From: Takakia lepidozioides
Lineage: Eukaryota; Plantae; Bryophyta
DNA: 64,000 nt
Assembly (NCBI GenBank): GCA_030704615.1
Contig: CM060733.1
Coordinates: 7,192,001-7,256,000, forward strand
Direction of reading: 5' to 3'
Shown one piece after another: positions 11,003-22,200 of this stretch. Within the stretch, counting starts at the first letter, position 1. Each line of letters starts with the position of its first letter. The notes beneath the pieces are model-generated. The model was not told the origin of the DNA, searched no databases, and saw nothing but the letters and a program-made list of their open reading frames with translations. The translations under genes were made by a program, and so were the position numbers.

Positions 11003-13225
11003 TCACCAGTAATCCCCGCAAGAACAAGACCCTTCTTCAAAGTGGTGGAAGCGGTTGACATCCCTTACAACAACTGATCGCCTAAGAATTTTTGAAATGA
11101 ACTTGGTTGCCGTGTGGCAATCACCACACACTCGAAGGTTCTTCATGACGCGGATAGGCGTCCCGGGTGGCGTGCTGATGAGCCCAAATGCAATCGCCAG
11201 CTTCTCACTGTGGTGACATAGTGAAAATTCTTTCTGCTCCTCCTCAACGTCATGCAACACAAAGCTCGTGTCAGGCACATACCCGACCTCCTTCATTTGC
11301 CAAGACAATCTTTGCAGCTCGGCATGGATCTCCCCAATTTGAGGGTGTGACTTGTCTTCTACAAAAAACGAATGCACCTGGTTGTTGATTTCAATGCAGC
11401 TGCGCCCTGGCTCCTTTCTCACACCTCTGTCCTCCATCAATTTTCTCACCTTGGCTTTATCATCCCATCTACCAGCTGCAGCATAGATGTTCGACAGCAG
11501 CACATAAGCTCCAGAATGCTCTGGATCACTCTTGAGAATGCTTTTTGCCGCCCGTTCTGCTACCTCCACATCACCATGAACCCTGCAGGCACCAAGTAAA
11601 GCCCTCCATACCCCAGCATCAGGTTCAATTGGCATTTTGTTGATGAAGTCCTCTGCCTCATCCAATCGACCTGAACGGCCAAGAAGGTCCACTATACAGC
11701 CAAAATGCTCCACTGTAGGGGTGAGGCCATGATCTCGACTCATGGAATCAAAGTGATGACAGCCTTCATTGACTAGGCCCACATGGCTACATGCAGAGAG
11801 AAGACATGCAAAGGTGACCGTGTTCGGCTTCAAGCCTTCCTTCTGCATTTGTTCAAATAGTTGCAGGGCCTCCCTTCCGCCCCCATGCTGAGCATATCCT
11901 GCGATCAGTGCAGTCCACGAGATCACATTTCGATCAGCCATACTATCAAATACTTGACGTGCATCCTTCATGCTCCCACATTTGGCATACATGTCAACAA
12001 GAGTGTTCTCCAAATTAATGTATGATGCAATCCCCATTTTCCTGATCTGAGCATGGACCTCCTTGCCCTTTCCCAGGGCTGCCAGGCCAGCACACGCATT
12101 AAGAACGGAAATGAATGTGACTCTGTTGGGCCTCAGCCCTTCCCGTATCATTTGCTCATAAATCGTAAAAGCCTCCATACTACACCCATGCTGAGCATAT
12201 CCTGCAATCATTCCGCTCCATGAGACCACATTTCGTTTCATCATTTTGTCGAACACTTGACGTGCATCTGTCATGCTCCCACATTTGGCATACATGTCCA
12301 CAAGGGCATTTTCCAGAATAACATCTGGCCTGATTCCAGCTCTGATGAGGTCAGCATGAACCCCCTTGCCCTTTTCTAGAGCTGCTAGGCTGGCACAAGC
12401 ATTGACCACACAAGTGAACATGACTGCGTCCGGCAGCACACCTTCCTGCCGCATTTGCTCATAGATCTCAAAAGCCTTGCTGCCATAGCCATGCTGAGCA
12501 TAACCTGCAATCATTGCGCTCCATGAGACCACATTTCGTTCAGGCATGTTGTCAAACACTTCACGTGCATCCTTCATGCTTCCGCATTTGGCATACATGT
12601 CAACAAGGGCAGTCTGCAGAATGACATCTGGTGCAATTTCAGCTTTGATGATGTCGGCATGGACTGCTTTACCCTTCTCTAAGGATCCTAAGCTGGCACA
12701 CACATTGAGGACACAGATGAAAGTGACCCTGTCAGGCATCACCCTTTTCCGTTGCATTTGCTCATAGATTTTGAATGCCTCCTCAGTGTGCCTGTGCTTG
12801 GCATATCCTGCCATCATTATAGTCCATGTGAAAGAAGTCCGTTCACGCATTTTGTCAAACACTCGCCGTGCATCCACTATGCTCCCGCACTTGGCATACA
12901 TATTGACAAGGGTGTTGAATAGAAAAGTAGTTGGCCTGAGTCTACTGCGGTTAATGTGGGCATGCACCTGCTGACCCTCTGATAGACCTTTCATGTCGAC
13001 ACAACTCTGCAAGAGACAGACATAGGTCTTGGAGTCCACTGAAAGGCCTCGTTGGCTCAAAATATGCAGTGCCTCTTTCAGTTGTCCGGCCTTACATAGT
13101 GTCCTCACATCGTCACAGCTGCCCGAAGAGTTCCTGCTGACTCCCTTTCTTCGCCCTCTTTCAAAAGCAATGGTCATGATGGAGGTGCCTAATTCCAACA
13201 ACTGTACCTGATTCAAAACTGCCAT
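11003..13225 (-). CDS. PLS-class pentatricopeptide repeat protein with E1/E2 and full DYW cytidine deaminase domain (organellar C-to-U editing factor)
   Basis: Intact 740-aa ORF with 14 well-formed L/S/P motifs through P2-L2-S2, then E1/E2, PG box PGRSCIE, HSEKLA, CGDCH and terminal CSCGDYW. Confidence 0.97.
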   Translation of the reverse strand: MAVLNQVQLLELGTSIMTIAFERGRRKGVSRNSSGSCDDVRTLCKAGQLKEALHILSQRGLSVDSKTYVCLLQSCVDMKGLSEGQQVHAHINRSRLRPTTFLFNTLVNMYAKCGSIVDARRVFDKMRERTSFTWTIMMAGYAKHRHTEEAFKIYEQMQRKRVMPDRVTFICVLNVCASLGSLEKGKAVHADIIKAEIAPDVILQTALVDMYAKCGSMKDAREVFDNMPERNVVSWSAMIAGYAQHGYGSKAFEIYEQMRQEGVLPDAVMFTCVVNACASLAALEKGKGVHADLIRAGIRPDVILENALVDMYAKCGSMTDARQVFDKMMKRNVVSWSGMIAGYAQHGCSMEAFTIYEQMIREGLRPNRVTFISVLNACAGLAALGKGKEVHAQIRKMGIASYINLENTLVDMYAKCGSMKDARQVFDSMADRNVISWTALIAGYAQHGGGREALQLFEQMQKEGLKPNTVTFACLLSACSHVGLVNEGCHHFDSMSRDHGLTPTVEHFGCIVDLLGRSGRLDEAEDFINKMPIEPDAGVWRALLGACRVHGDVEVAERAAKSILKSDPEHSGAYVLLSNIYAAAGRWDDKAKVRKLMEDRGVRKEPGRSCIEINNQVHSFFVEDKSHPQIGEIHAELQRLSWQMKEVGYVPDTSFVLHDVEEEQKEFSLCHHSEKLAIAFGLISTPPGTPIRVMKNLRVCGDCHTATKFISKILRRSVVVRDVNRFHHFEEGSCSCGDYW

Positions 13226-13862
13226 CCTGCATCAATCAGAACTCTTAGCTACAAAACTTTGTACAGAACTCACACAGCATATCTCATAGCTGTGAGATAC
13301 CTGCAGGCATCTGCTTTGAGAGTGACTGCACCAATCAGATCTGTTTGAAATAGAATCCTTACAAGACATCAAACATATTATACATGTTGCATTCCTGTGA
13401 GTTCAAGGTCATAACCAACCATAAATCGTTGAAGTACCCCTGTCTCGAACAACCTACTGATAGCACATGGTAAAACTAATTTTGCTGCCTTTTCCCAGCA
13501 AAGAGCAAATTGTCATCAGCTTGACTATCTGATGATCTAATCCAATTCAAAGTCATGCCAGCTTCATCAACAGTCTCCGTCACAAAAGCTTTCACGTTCT
13601 AAATGAAGACCCTCACCTTATCGCACCTGTACTCCAGCAAATGCGACGAATCTGCAAAAAGCTTCTGCCGTAGTCCATCTTGACTTATGACCTGACCTGC
13701 GTGCATGAATAACACGACCCTGAGAATTTTGACAGCGTCGAATTACCTCAATCTCCACTGAAGAGAAGATAGTGCTTTAAACATACATCATAAATCGCCT
13801 CCAATTGACCCCGGGAGTGCAAGAGGAATGAAAGGGAGAAAATTCACAGAACCCATATCTAC

Positions 13863-14086
13863 TTCGCTCTGTCAATGTCCAGACCTTTCTTCAGTGTCAC
13901 TGGAGGCGTCATAGCGATCAGTTGCAAGCATCTCGGGCCTGGCACTTCCTTTAAATACTCCCTTCTCAGCTCCGCAGCCTGACACTTCACTCTGCTGCAT
14001 GATGTGAGGCCTCCAATCCGTTCACAGCAAGACGAAGACAAGGCCTTGGGTATGGCCTCAAGCAGTGCGCGCAAGCTCGCTGCCAT
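13863..14086 (-). CDS. Candidate first coding exon (transit-peptide-like) of the DYW-PPR gene
   Basis: MAASLRALLEAIPKALSSSCC... is S/A/R-rich. The donor aa|gtagat (13863) is phase-compatible with the acceptor tgatgcag|g (13226) directly before the ORF ATG, giving ...DRAK-MAVLNQ. Confidence 0.5.
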
Positions 14087-15562
14087 CGCTTGCGAGACGA
14101 CGAGACGATGCAAGCAGACGACCGAGCCACCAACTGTGTAGCCCCTTCACATTATTCATCCAGATCAGATGAAATATCGATGCCCAATTTTTATTTCGCG
14201 CTTACTTGGAAGGAAACGCCATGTGGTAAGTTCCGAACATTCATCCATTCACATCGCGGTGCCCATTTCAAGGCCGTTTCCTACGACAGATTGGGCGTGC
14301 CCTAACTTGGTAACGGCTGTTTTGCCGAAACACACCTACCGATCTGCTGACTTGGCTCGTGATTTTGAGTGCAACGTTTCTGGATGGAGACAGATTTGGC
14401 CTCAGGTTTTCAATTTTGGTCTCCCCTACTCTTGAGGACACCCTGCTGGAAAATAAGCTCTCATCTCATCGTTCTTGCCTCTGAAATGGCCGTTTTGTGG
14501 GTTGTTTGTTACAATGAAGTGTACTTATAGAACAGCAGCAGTAATGTCCCAGACGATTGTAGTGCGAGGGGCATTCACAGGTTCAGGCAATTTGCAGGCA
14601 ACAAGCATGAAGGAGTTCCCACTCTCTTCGAAGTATCATGAGACCAGCGGTCTAGAAAGCCTCACAGAGATTGGAAAGAGAATTGTTTCTACAACAAGGA
14701 GCAGGGCAGTCTTCTTTCCACTTCCTTTACGCTCTTTTCATGGTGATTTGGAAGTTAAGAGAGTGAAAACCAATGTGACGCATGACAATGAGAATCGGAA
14801 TTGCAACAACATGAGATTTAGTGTGCATGTTTCAAGAGGAACTTCCTCCTATTTATTGCATCAATAACTGCGTTCTGAACTGTCTGTTTCAAACACTAGA
14901 CTTCTGAGACTATGGTGAAACTTCCAGTCTGTTTGTGCAGCAAATTATAGTCATCACAAAACTTTCACAAAAACCAAGCCAAGGCATTAATTCAGAAACA
15001 TGATAAAGTTTGGTTTTCTCACATCAAAGTGAGCACGCTTGTGAGAATAGACAGTATGGGAGACTCACCTCACACGTGACCATAAGAACTGCAGCATCAC
15101 CATCATTGTCCAACGCCTGCATACAATGTGTTCGGAATAGGCTGACAACCACCCATCTTTACATGGATAGATATTGACTATGACTGAGTTAGTGTCAAAA
15201 AACTCATTGTAATGTACAGCTTCAAAGACACCCCAAAAATGATACATCCCAAGATCTCCTAGTACTAACTTGATCTTGGCAGTCTGTCTTAGAAGGAAGA
15301 CATTTTTAGTATCTATACACCCATGGGCTCCAGCTGTCACTCCTTTCCGGTCCCCCAATGTGATGTGATAATGTGGTTTCTTCCCTACAAGACCACCCTG
15401 GAACACTCGTTCCGGATGACCAGTAATGTAACATCTTATTAGCAGACTTGCTGTAAATGAAGAGGCAGGGGATGGAGGGGTAATCTCTTCCAGCAGAATA
15501 GTTTTGCCATGAAATTTGTGAGATAGATGTAATTAGATGAAGGAAGCAGTTCAAATTAGCAG

Positions 15563-16009
15563 TCATCTTGGAACAACTCCTTCTGGCACAAATGCCTCTC
15601 TGGCACCAGGACTCTCTTGGTGACGAACCGTTGTCTCAGAAGGCACGGCTGCACGGACTGGTGACACTACATCCCTGACTTCTTCGGTACGACTCATTTC
15701 GTGCTCCTCCGTTGTAAATGACAGAGCTTTCCAGGCCGGTGACACTTCATCCCTAGCTTGGCAAGCTCTAGTGGGCTCCGAGTAAAGATTTCCACCTTTC
15801 TCCACAACAGCAGTGGGTTTCTCTGTTTGACTGTTCCCGCTGAATTGGGTACTACGCTGTCCACTGTGTTCCGCACTAGACTGCAGAAAGCTTGAGGGCA
15901 CATGAGATGCCACACGAAATGAATGTTTTTTGTTCAGAAGAGATTCTCGCTGCACAAAGAGATCAAACAAGCCAGTCATGTCTCTCCCGTCATTAGCATG
16001 ACTGGACAT
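15563..16009 (-). CDS. Possible terminal exon of the LRR-RLK (disordered C-tail ending EGVVPR)
   Basis: 148-codon open S/E/T-rich frame just downstream of the kinase, with a C-terminal VxPR like some RLK tails. A phase-compatible splice junction was not established. Confidence 0.4.
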   Translation of the reverse strand: MSSHANDGRDMTGLFDLFVQRESLLNKKHSFRVASHVPSSFLQSSAEHSGQRSTQFSGNSQTEKPTAVVEKGGNLYSEPTRACQARDEVSPAWKALSFTTEEHEMSRTEEVRDVVSPVRAAVPSETTVRHQESPGAREAFVPEGVVPR

Positions 16010-16256
16010 AGGTGGTAGGATTGGGATCGGATATGAGACAAGTCCCCACAGTGATGACAGTGACCCATCTCTCTTCTTATCCTTTTTTCAGTTATCCCCT
16101 CTTCTATGCATTCTCGATCTTGCAGCTACCAGATCTAACACCACCAGTCTATAGCAAAACTGTAGTTTATTAGTCCATATCCCATATCTTGGACCTCACC
16201 CCCTTCCTCCCCCAAAATTCACAACTACAGCAGATGATGTAAAATTGTGTGACCTA

Positions 16257-19200
16257 CTAGATGTGTACCTGCAATTGGGCTCTCATCGTTTTACACGGGA
16301 TCTCATTCACCAGAGAGAGAATGTTGCGCACAGTGCCCATGTTTGGCCTCCTGTCAGGGTCAAGTTGCAGGCATGATGATATGAGGGAGGCCACCATCTC
16401 AGCACCCTTGGCTGGATATGCGCCCTCCAAAGCTGGGTCAACAATTTCCCCCAATTTCTTTCTGTCGTTCAAGTAAGGTTTGGCCTGCAGTCATTCGTGA
16501 CACCTTTCAGCTACTGTCTTACTGTCTAGACAAAAATTTGAGTTGGTGTTTACCTCTATACATGTAAGAAACGACAGTTTACTTGTGTTACGTAATCTCA
16601 CCCAAGGCACCAGATACTGCTCCATGTTCTCCTCATCAGCCACAGTGGAATGCCTTCCAGACAAGATCTCCAAAAGAACAACTCCATAGCTGTAGACATC
16701 ACTTTTTACAGTGAGCTTGCCCGTTATACTGTAGTCAGGGGCCAAATAACCGAAAGTACCCACCACCCGTGTCGTCACATGACTGCTTTTTGAAGTTGGG
16801 TACAACTTCGACAATCCAAAATCTGCCACCTAAATAGTAACGAGCACCCAAGTTATAGCTATCTGACAAACGAAAGTGAATCCCTCCATATTAAGAGGTA
16901 GACAGACAACCATTAGTACATGATAACTTCAATATTGAGGAATGGTCTAAAAAGATGGAATGGCTATAAGAAAATTTCCAACTATTAAATTTTTCCCAAC
17001 TAGATGAAATAAAATGATATGGTACTTTATAACGTCCGCGGAAAGCTCAAAGAGCTTATGGGACAAAATGGAACAGAGAAAGAAAGAAAGAGAGAGAATT
17101 TGTTAGCCGTAGCCTTATGATCCAGTTTGAACAGAGCCAGAATTGCAAGAGAGAAATGAAATGAAATGAAATGAAATGGTGCTTTATAATGAAAGAGCGA
17201 AAGAAAAAGAGAATTTGTATTGGATAAGCTCAATGAAACTACTCATCAAGGTATTTTCTAAGATGTAATGTGTAGAGGGCCCATGGGACAGAAATGAAAT
17301 GAAAAGAAAGAACTTCAGAACTTGTTTCCCTCCATGAAAAGCTGGCTCAATGACAATAAGACACTCATCACGTTCGATGTTACTTGCGATCGCCCCATCG
17401 CAGCATATCCCACATGGTTTGAGCAGGGAGAGGAAAAGAGCGAGAGACGAGGGTGGTAATAACTTACCCGTCCCAATGCATGAACTTCAGAGAGGAACAG
17501 AAAAGAGCACATTTTCCATTTTTTAAGTTTTGGGAATGAACACTTTATATATGGAAACTTGCACGTAATCAGGTGTGTTTTGTCAACTGTTGAAAAGTGC
17601 TTAAACATTCCAGAAACTTTTGAGATGGAGACAGTCCTTATTACTAACTGCAGAAGAATGCTCGGAGAACTAATTACCTTCCCATTGAAGTTCGCGTCCA
17701 GAAGAATGTTGCTTGGTTTTATATCCCGATGTACCACAGGTGGATCTGATTCGTGTAAGAACTGCCCAAAATAACTCGAATGTAAGGAAGGTAGAACTTC
17801 CACTGATAAAATAAAATGGAAAATATTGGCCTGATTTTGTTGAAGCTTCTTTGCCGGATTGTAGAATGGACTAAGAAACTCAACCAGTTGCAAACCAAAG
17901 CAAAGAAGAAAGAACTATCATGTCTGTGAATGGCCCAAAGGACCCAATGGGAGAAAGGACTATGAGCCAGTTTAGAGAAATCCATAGACCTACGAGAAAA
18001 ATATTCCAACCATTCTCAGGCCAGATTAGAGAGCACACCTGGAGCCCTGCAGCAGCATCAAGTGCTATTCGTATTCGGGTCTTCCAATCCAAGACGGCCA
18101 GTGGAATTGTGTAAGTTCCATCTGCAAAATTTCTCCTAATTTAATAGCTCACTCTAGAAGACTTCACCAGTTCTTATCTGTGCATATCAGACCTCTGTGC
18201 ATGCCAGTACAAAGGCTAACTCCTTTTGGGATATTGTATGGAAGGAGTTGTCATACTCCTTTGCATGTGTATACATTGCAGGTGTAGGCAAGTGAGCCTA
18301 TTGACTGGAATGTTTAAGTAGATGATTTGACAGTCAAGAGGCAGAGGCTCCTTGAGCATACCAAATACAACATATCTGTGGTAGAGGCTTGGTACTACAA
18401 AAGGTATTCTGAGAGCTTTTAGGGCAGAGGGTTTGTGTGAGGCTTCAGCCCAGTAAGCAGATTTCTTAAGCCAAATTCCGAATGGATGGTCCGTAGTTGA
18501 TTCAGGACATATGACCAGGGAGGCAATATTTATTAATGCCTCAACATATCTATAGAAAAATTGGAAGGAACGGTCCATGTATCTCAACTCAACTCAAGTA
18601 TGACTGCAAACCCAAGAAGTAACAATTTACCTTTCAGATAGTCAAGAAGGCTCCCCCGAGTCATAAGGTCATACACAAGGAGTCGTTCATCCCCTTGAGA
18701 ACAGTAACCAAGGAGCCTAACCAGGTGTGGGTTATAGAGTTGATGGGCAATCATTTGGACCTCTGTACGAAACTCTGCTTCACCCTGTTTAGATAACCCA
18801 GAAAGCTTCTTTACTGCAACTGCAGTACCATCACTTAGCAGCCCCTGGTACACTGCCCCAAACCCTCCCGTTCCAATCAGGTTCTCTGAAGTAAAGTTCC
18901 CAACAGCTTGCGAGAGCTCCTCCAAGGTGTAGATCTTGACAGGCGGGCCAAGCTGAGGCAGTTTTGTGTTCTGGATTGGGGATCGACTACGCGAGGATAC
19001 ATATCCACCTACAAGAAACAATTCTTTGATTTGTTTAGTTCTGAGGAAAGACAAATGACCTTCAGACCAATTACACGATCCCCTCAATGCAAGCAACAAG
19101 GGTTAAGATACCAAAGTCTGTATCCTCCTCACAGCTTTTTGCAGTAACCTGGGTAGGCTCCAGGCCACTAAAATGCAGGGTCAATGACGGCCCAATAAAC

Positions 19201-22200
19201 CCGTGAGTGGGATCTTGCCAAACTGAAATTGGGGTAGGATGCAATATTTCTATATGATCCAGGATGTGCCTAGCAGACCCTTATTTGGCTTCCACTTTCA
19301 TACTGTGCTACTCCCTCTCACTTTTCCAGCCCAAACCCTGAGCTTCTCAAGCGCAGGTACCTTGTCCATTTGCAACCAGCGATTGTGCATATGTAGTGCT
19401 CTCGTCCTCCCCATGCCAGAACTTTGTCAACTTTTGGCGTTGTTTCCATACCAGAAAAGAAATTCCACCTGCCACTGTCAGCAGCACGAGGATGCCTACA
19501 GTCACAGCTGACGCCCACACAGCCGGCTTCACCCCTTTCATGTCCTCCACTGGGGGACTGACTGCAGGAAATGGAGGATACACATCTGCAGTTGACATGG
19601 ACAACGAACAAACTTTTGTGAGTAATGTGATTATATCTCTGCAAGTTTTGCCGTAAGGTCACGTCTACAACATGACAGCCTCTGTGACGTAAAAGGAGTG
19701 AGATAATGAATGCCCTGGTAAAGAAAGTAAAGCAAGGTTAGTACCTGAAACAACAGGGAGGACAAAAAGAAGCACCGCATAGTCAAACCAACCAAACTCC
19801 CCATCAAGCCAGAGTGCTGCGTAGTAGGGCGCAAACAACTTTGTGTGGATCCTCACTATTGTCTGATTGTCCAGGGACTGCCCTGCCAAAGGGACTATGT
19901 AAAATGTAACATCTGTTCCTGTCCCATTTGGAAAAGAGGAGGTAATGAGAACCTGCACCCATCCCATCGAACATTGAGTGCCATTCTGAAGGGCAACAAG
20001 GTGAAAGTGGACCGTCCTCCAACAAACAATATGTTGTATCTAAAGAACTTTTGGGCCTAAGCTGCTGGACTGTCTAGCAGCATGTCGTAACTCTGAAAGA
20101 CAATTATGTGGGGAAGAGAATTCTCCCATTAAGGACCTCAAGATCTTCCTACAATCTTTGGTGCTCCAGTTCAACTTCGGACTGCATGAACTATAGGAGG
20201 CAAGAAGGCGAAACTGACCTGCCAAGGCAAAAGGAGGAGCTCACGAGCCATATTCGATATCAGCCTGCATTTTGAGGAATTACAGGAGAGTTGGTACATT
20301 CAATCAGCCATGACCAAGCTGATTGACTCAGAAAGGTCACTTAGTACAAGGCAAGAAAATAAAAGGAAGACTTTATTACATTTTGAGAGACTAAAAAAGC
20401 TGATGTTGAAGTTTGTTGAAGGGCTAGCAGGTTTGTAGAGCCTATGGCTCATTGAGGGACCAGTGGATAGTTGAAGGAAATTGTTGAAGGATTGAACCCA
20501 GGATCACCGTGGTGATGCATAGACAAACACCCAACCACTGCTGCCTGATAAACTTTATGATGTCCACAGAGATTTGAGGGAAAGAGAACCGAAATGAAAT
20601 GGTACTCTAGAAACAAACAGATAAACTTTAAAACAGCTAGGGAAGCTTGAAGGGCTTAGAAAACAGAAAAATAGAAACCTGGGGACCCCAACAACTGGCC
20701 TCCACCCACACATACCAACAGATGCTCTAGGGTTAACAAGCAAAAGAAGAGAGTATATTAACTTGACAAGAGGCCAGACTGCAACTGGAACCCACACAAG
20801 TTCAAGCTTGTTCACTACTGCAAAGAAAGAAATTGTAACATCCAAGGAAAGGTGGAAGAGCTTATGGAAGAATTCACCTGACTTGTTTGGAATCTGAAAA
20901 ACGTGTGTAGAGAACTCGAGGAAGGAACAGCTCAACGACAAGTGGTGCCACACAGTCGCACCCATTGGGCAGCTCACCTTCCACTACAAAGGGACGGAAC
21001 AGCATGCCTCTGGGACAAATGCAGGTGTGATTTATGGATCCTCCCACTGTAGCTCCTGGTGACCCACACGCTAGGTCCCCACTGTCCTGTGGATTTTGAC
21101 AAAGTGGATTGCCATAGACCCTGTGAAATTGCACCTCTGCTTTGTGAGTGCTACATCTCTATCAATCTTTCCTTCTCATTGTTTCATCTTATTTCATTTC
21201 ATTTCTCCTGGTTCTTGGTTTTCGTGTTTGTTCTGTCCCTTGGGTCCAATGCCTCTCTCATGAACACGAGGACTTCTTTCTTTTTGAGCTCCTACCAGAC
21301 ATTATACCATTTCCTTTCCCCTTCCTGTTGGATCCTTCTCTGACTAGTGTGCTACACCATCTTTGAAACCATCGAATAGACTTAAGCAGCTCCTCTTACT
21401 CCTAGGTCACAGACTCAGTCAGTGCAGGAACGTGTGCCCAAGTTCGTGTTGTAGGGTGACCTTTTGGCATTGAATTAATGCTATAATTTAGAGCTTCTTC
21501 AGACAATATTTGTTTGGCCAGATCAACATCATTGCTCCCAGGTCTCACTTTAGAGTGCCTTAAATGGGCCGGAGTCTGCTGACTCTTTCCAATGCCCGCC
21601 TGACCAGGGAACATGGTTTAAGGCCGCAAGGCTATACCCCACGACGTTTGAAGAGTACATCTCTTTGAACATCATCCATATCAAACAAGGATAGGATTGT
21701 ATATACATTAGATAACAGATCACCTGATGACCATCCCAAGTAAAATGAGGCTGCTTACAGGTACAAAAATCTTACACAAACTCCAAACTTGACCGTTTTA
21801 ACGACACAGGTATTGTCCCATTCAGATCATTGTTCTCCAAGCTCCTGCAATCAGAACCCCTCTCCATCAATACTGTAGCCAAAAGCTTGTAGTTCATGCA
21901 AGGTGATCCATCTCTCCCCCTCTCTATTGAGCCAAGTCTAGTGTGCATTTCACTGCTGCTTCTAATCCCTCCCCTCTCTTTTCAAGACAGGAACTTCATA
22001 TTCTCCACGCTATAAGAGGCAAACCATGAAAACCCAGAGGGTTACTTACAATGACAAGAGGTTGCCAACAAGACCTATATCTTGGGGAATGGGTCCAGTC
22101 AGGTGATTGTAACTCAAGTCTCTGTCAGTTCAACCAGCACAAGATCAGATTCAAACAAAAACTCACACTCATACACAAGGTACTTGATTTAGGTCTATTA

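Noticed and set aside
11003-11420. DYW:KP-type (putative U-to-C) deaminase
   Set aside because: The domain has a PG box, HSEK and a DYW terminus, typical of the C-to-U type. It lacks the KPAxA motif.
14475-15566. Short ORFs between the PPR and RLK genes
   Set aside because: No recognisable motifs; likely UTR or intergenic sequence.
20485-20515. B-box-like GGATTGAACCC (similar at ~48451) as tRNA genes
   Set aside because: No cloverleaf or paired A box; at most SINE debris.
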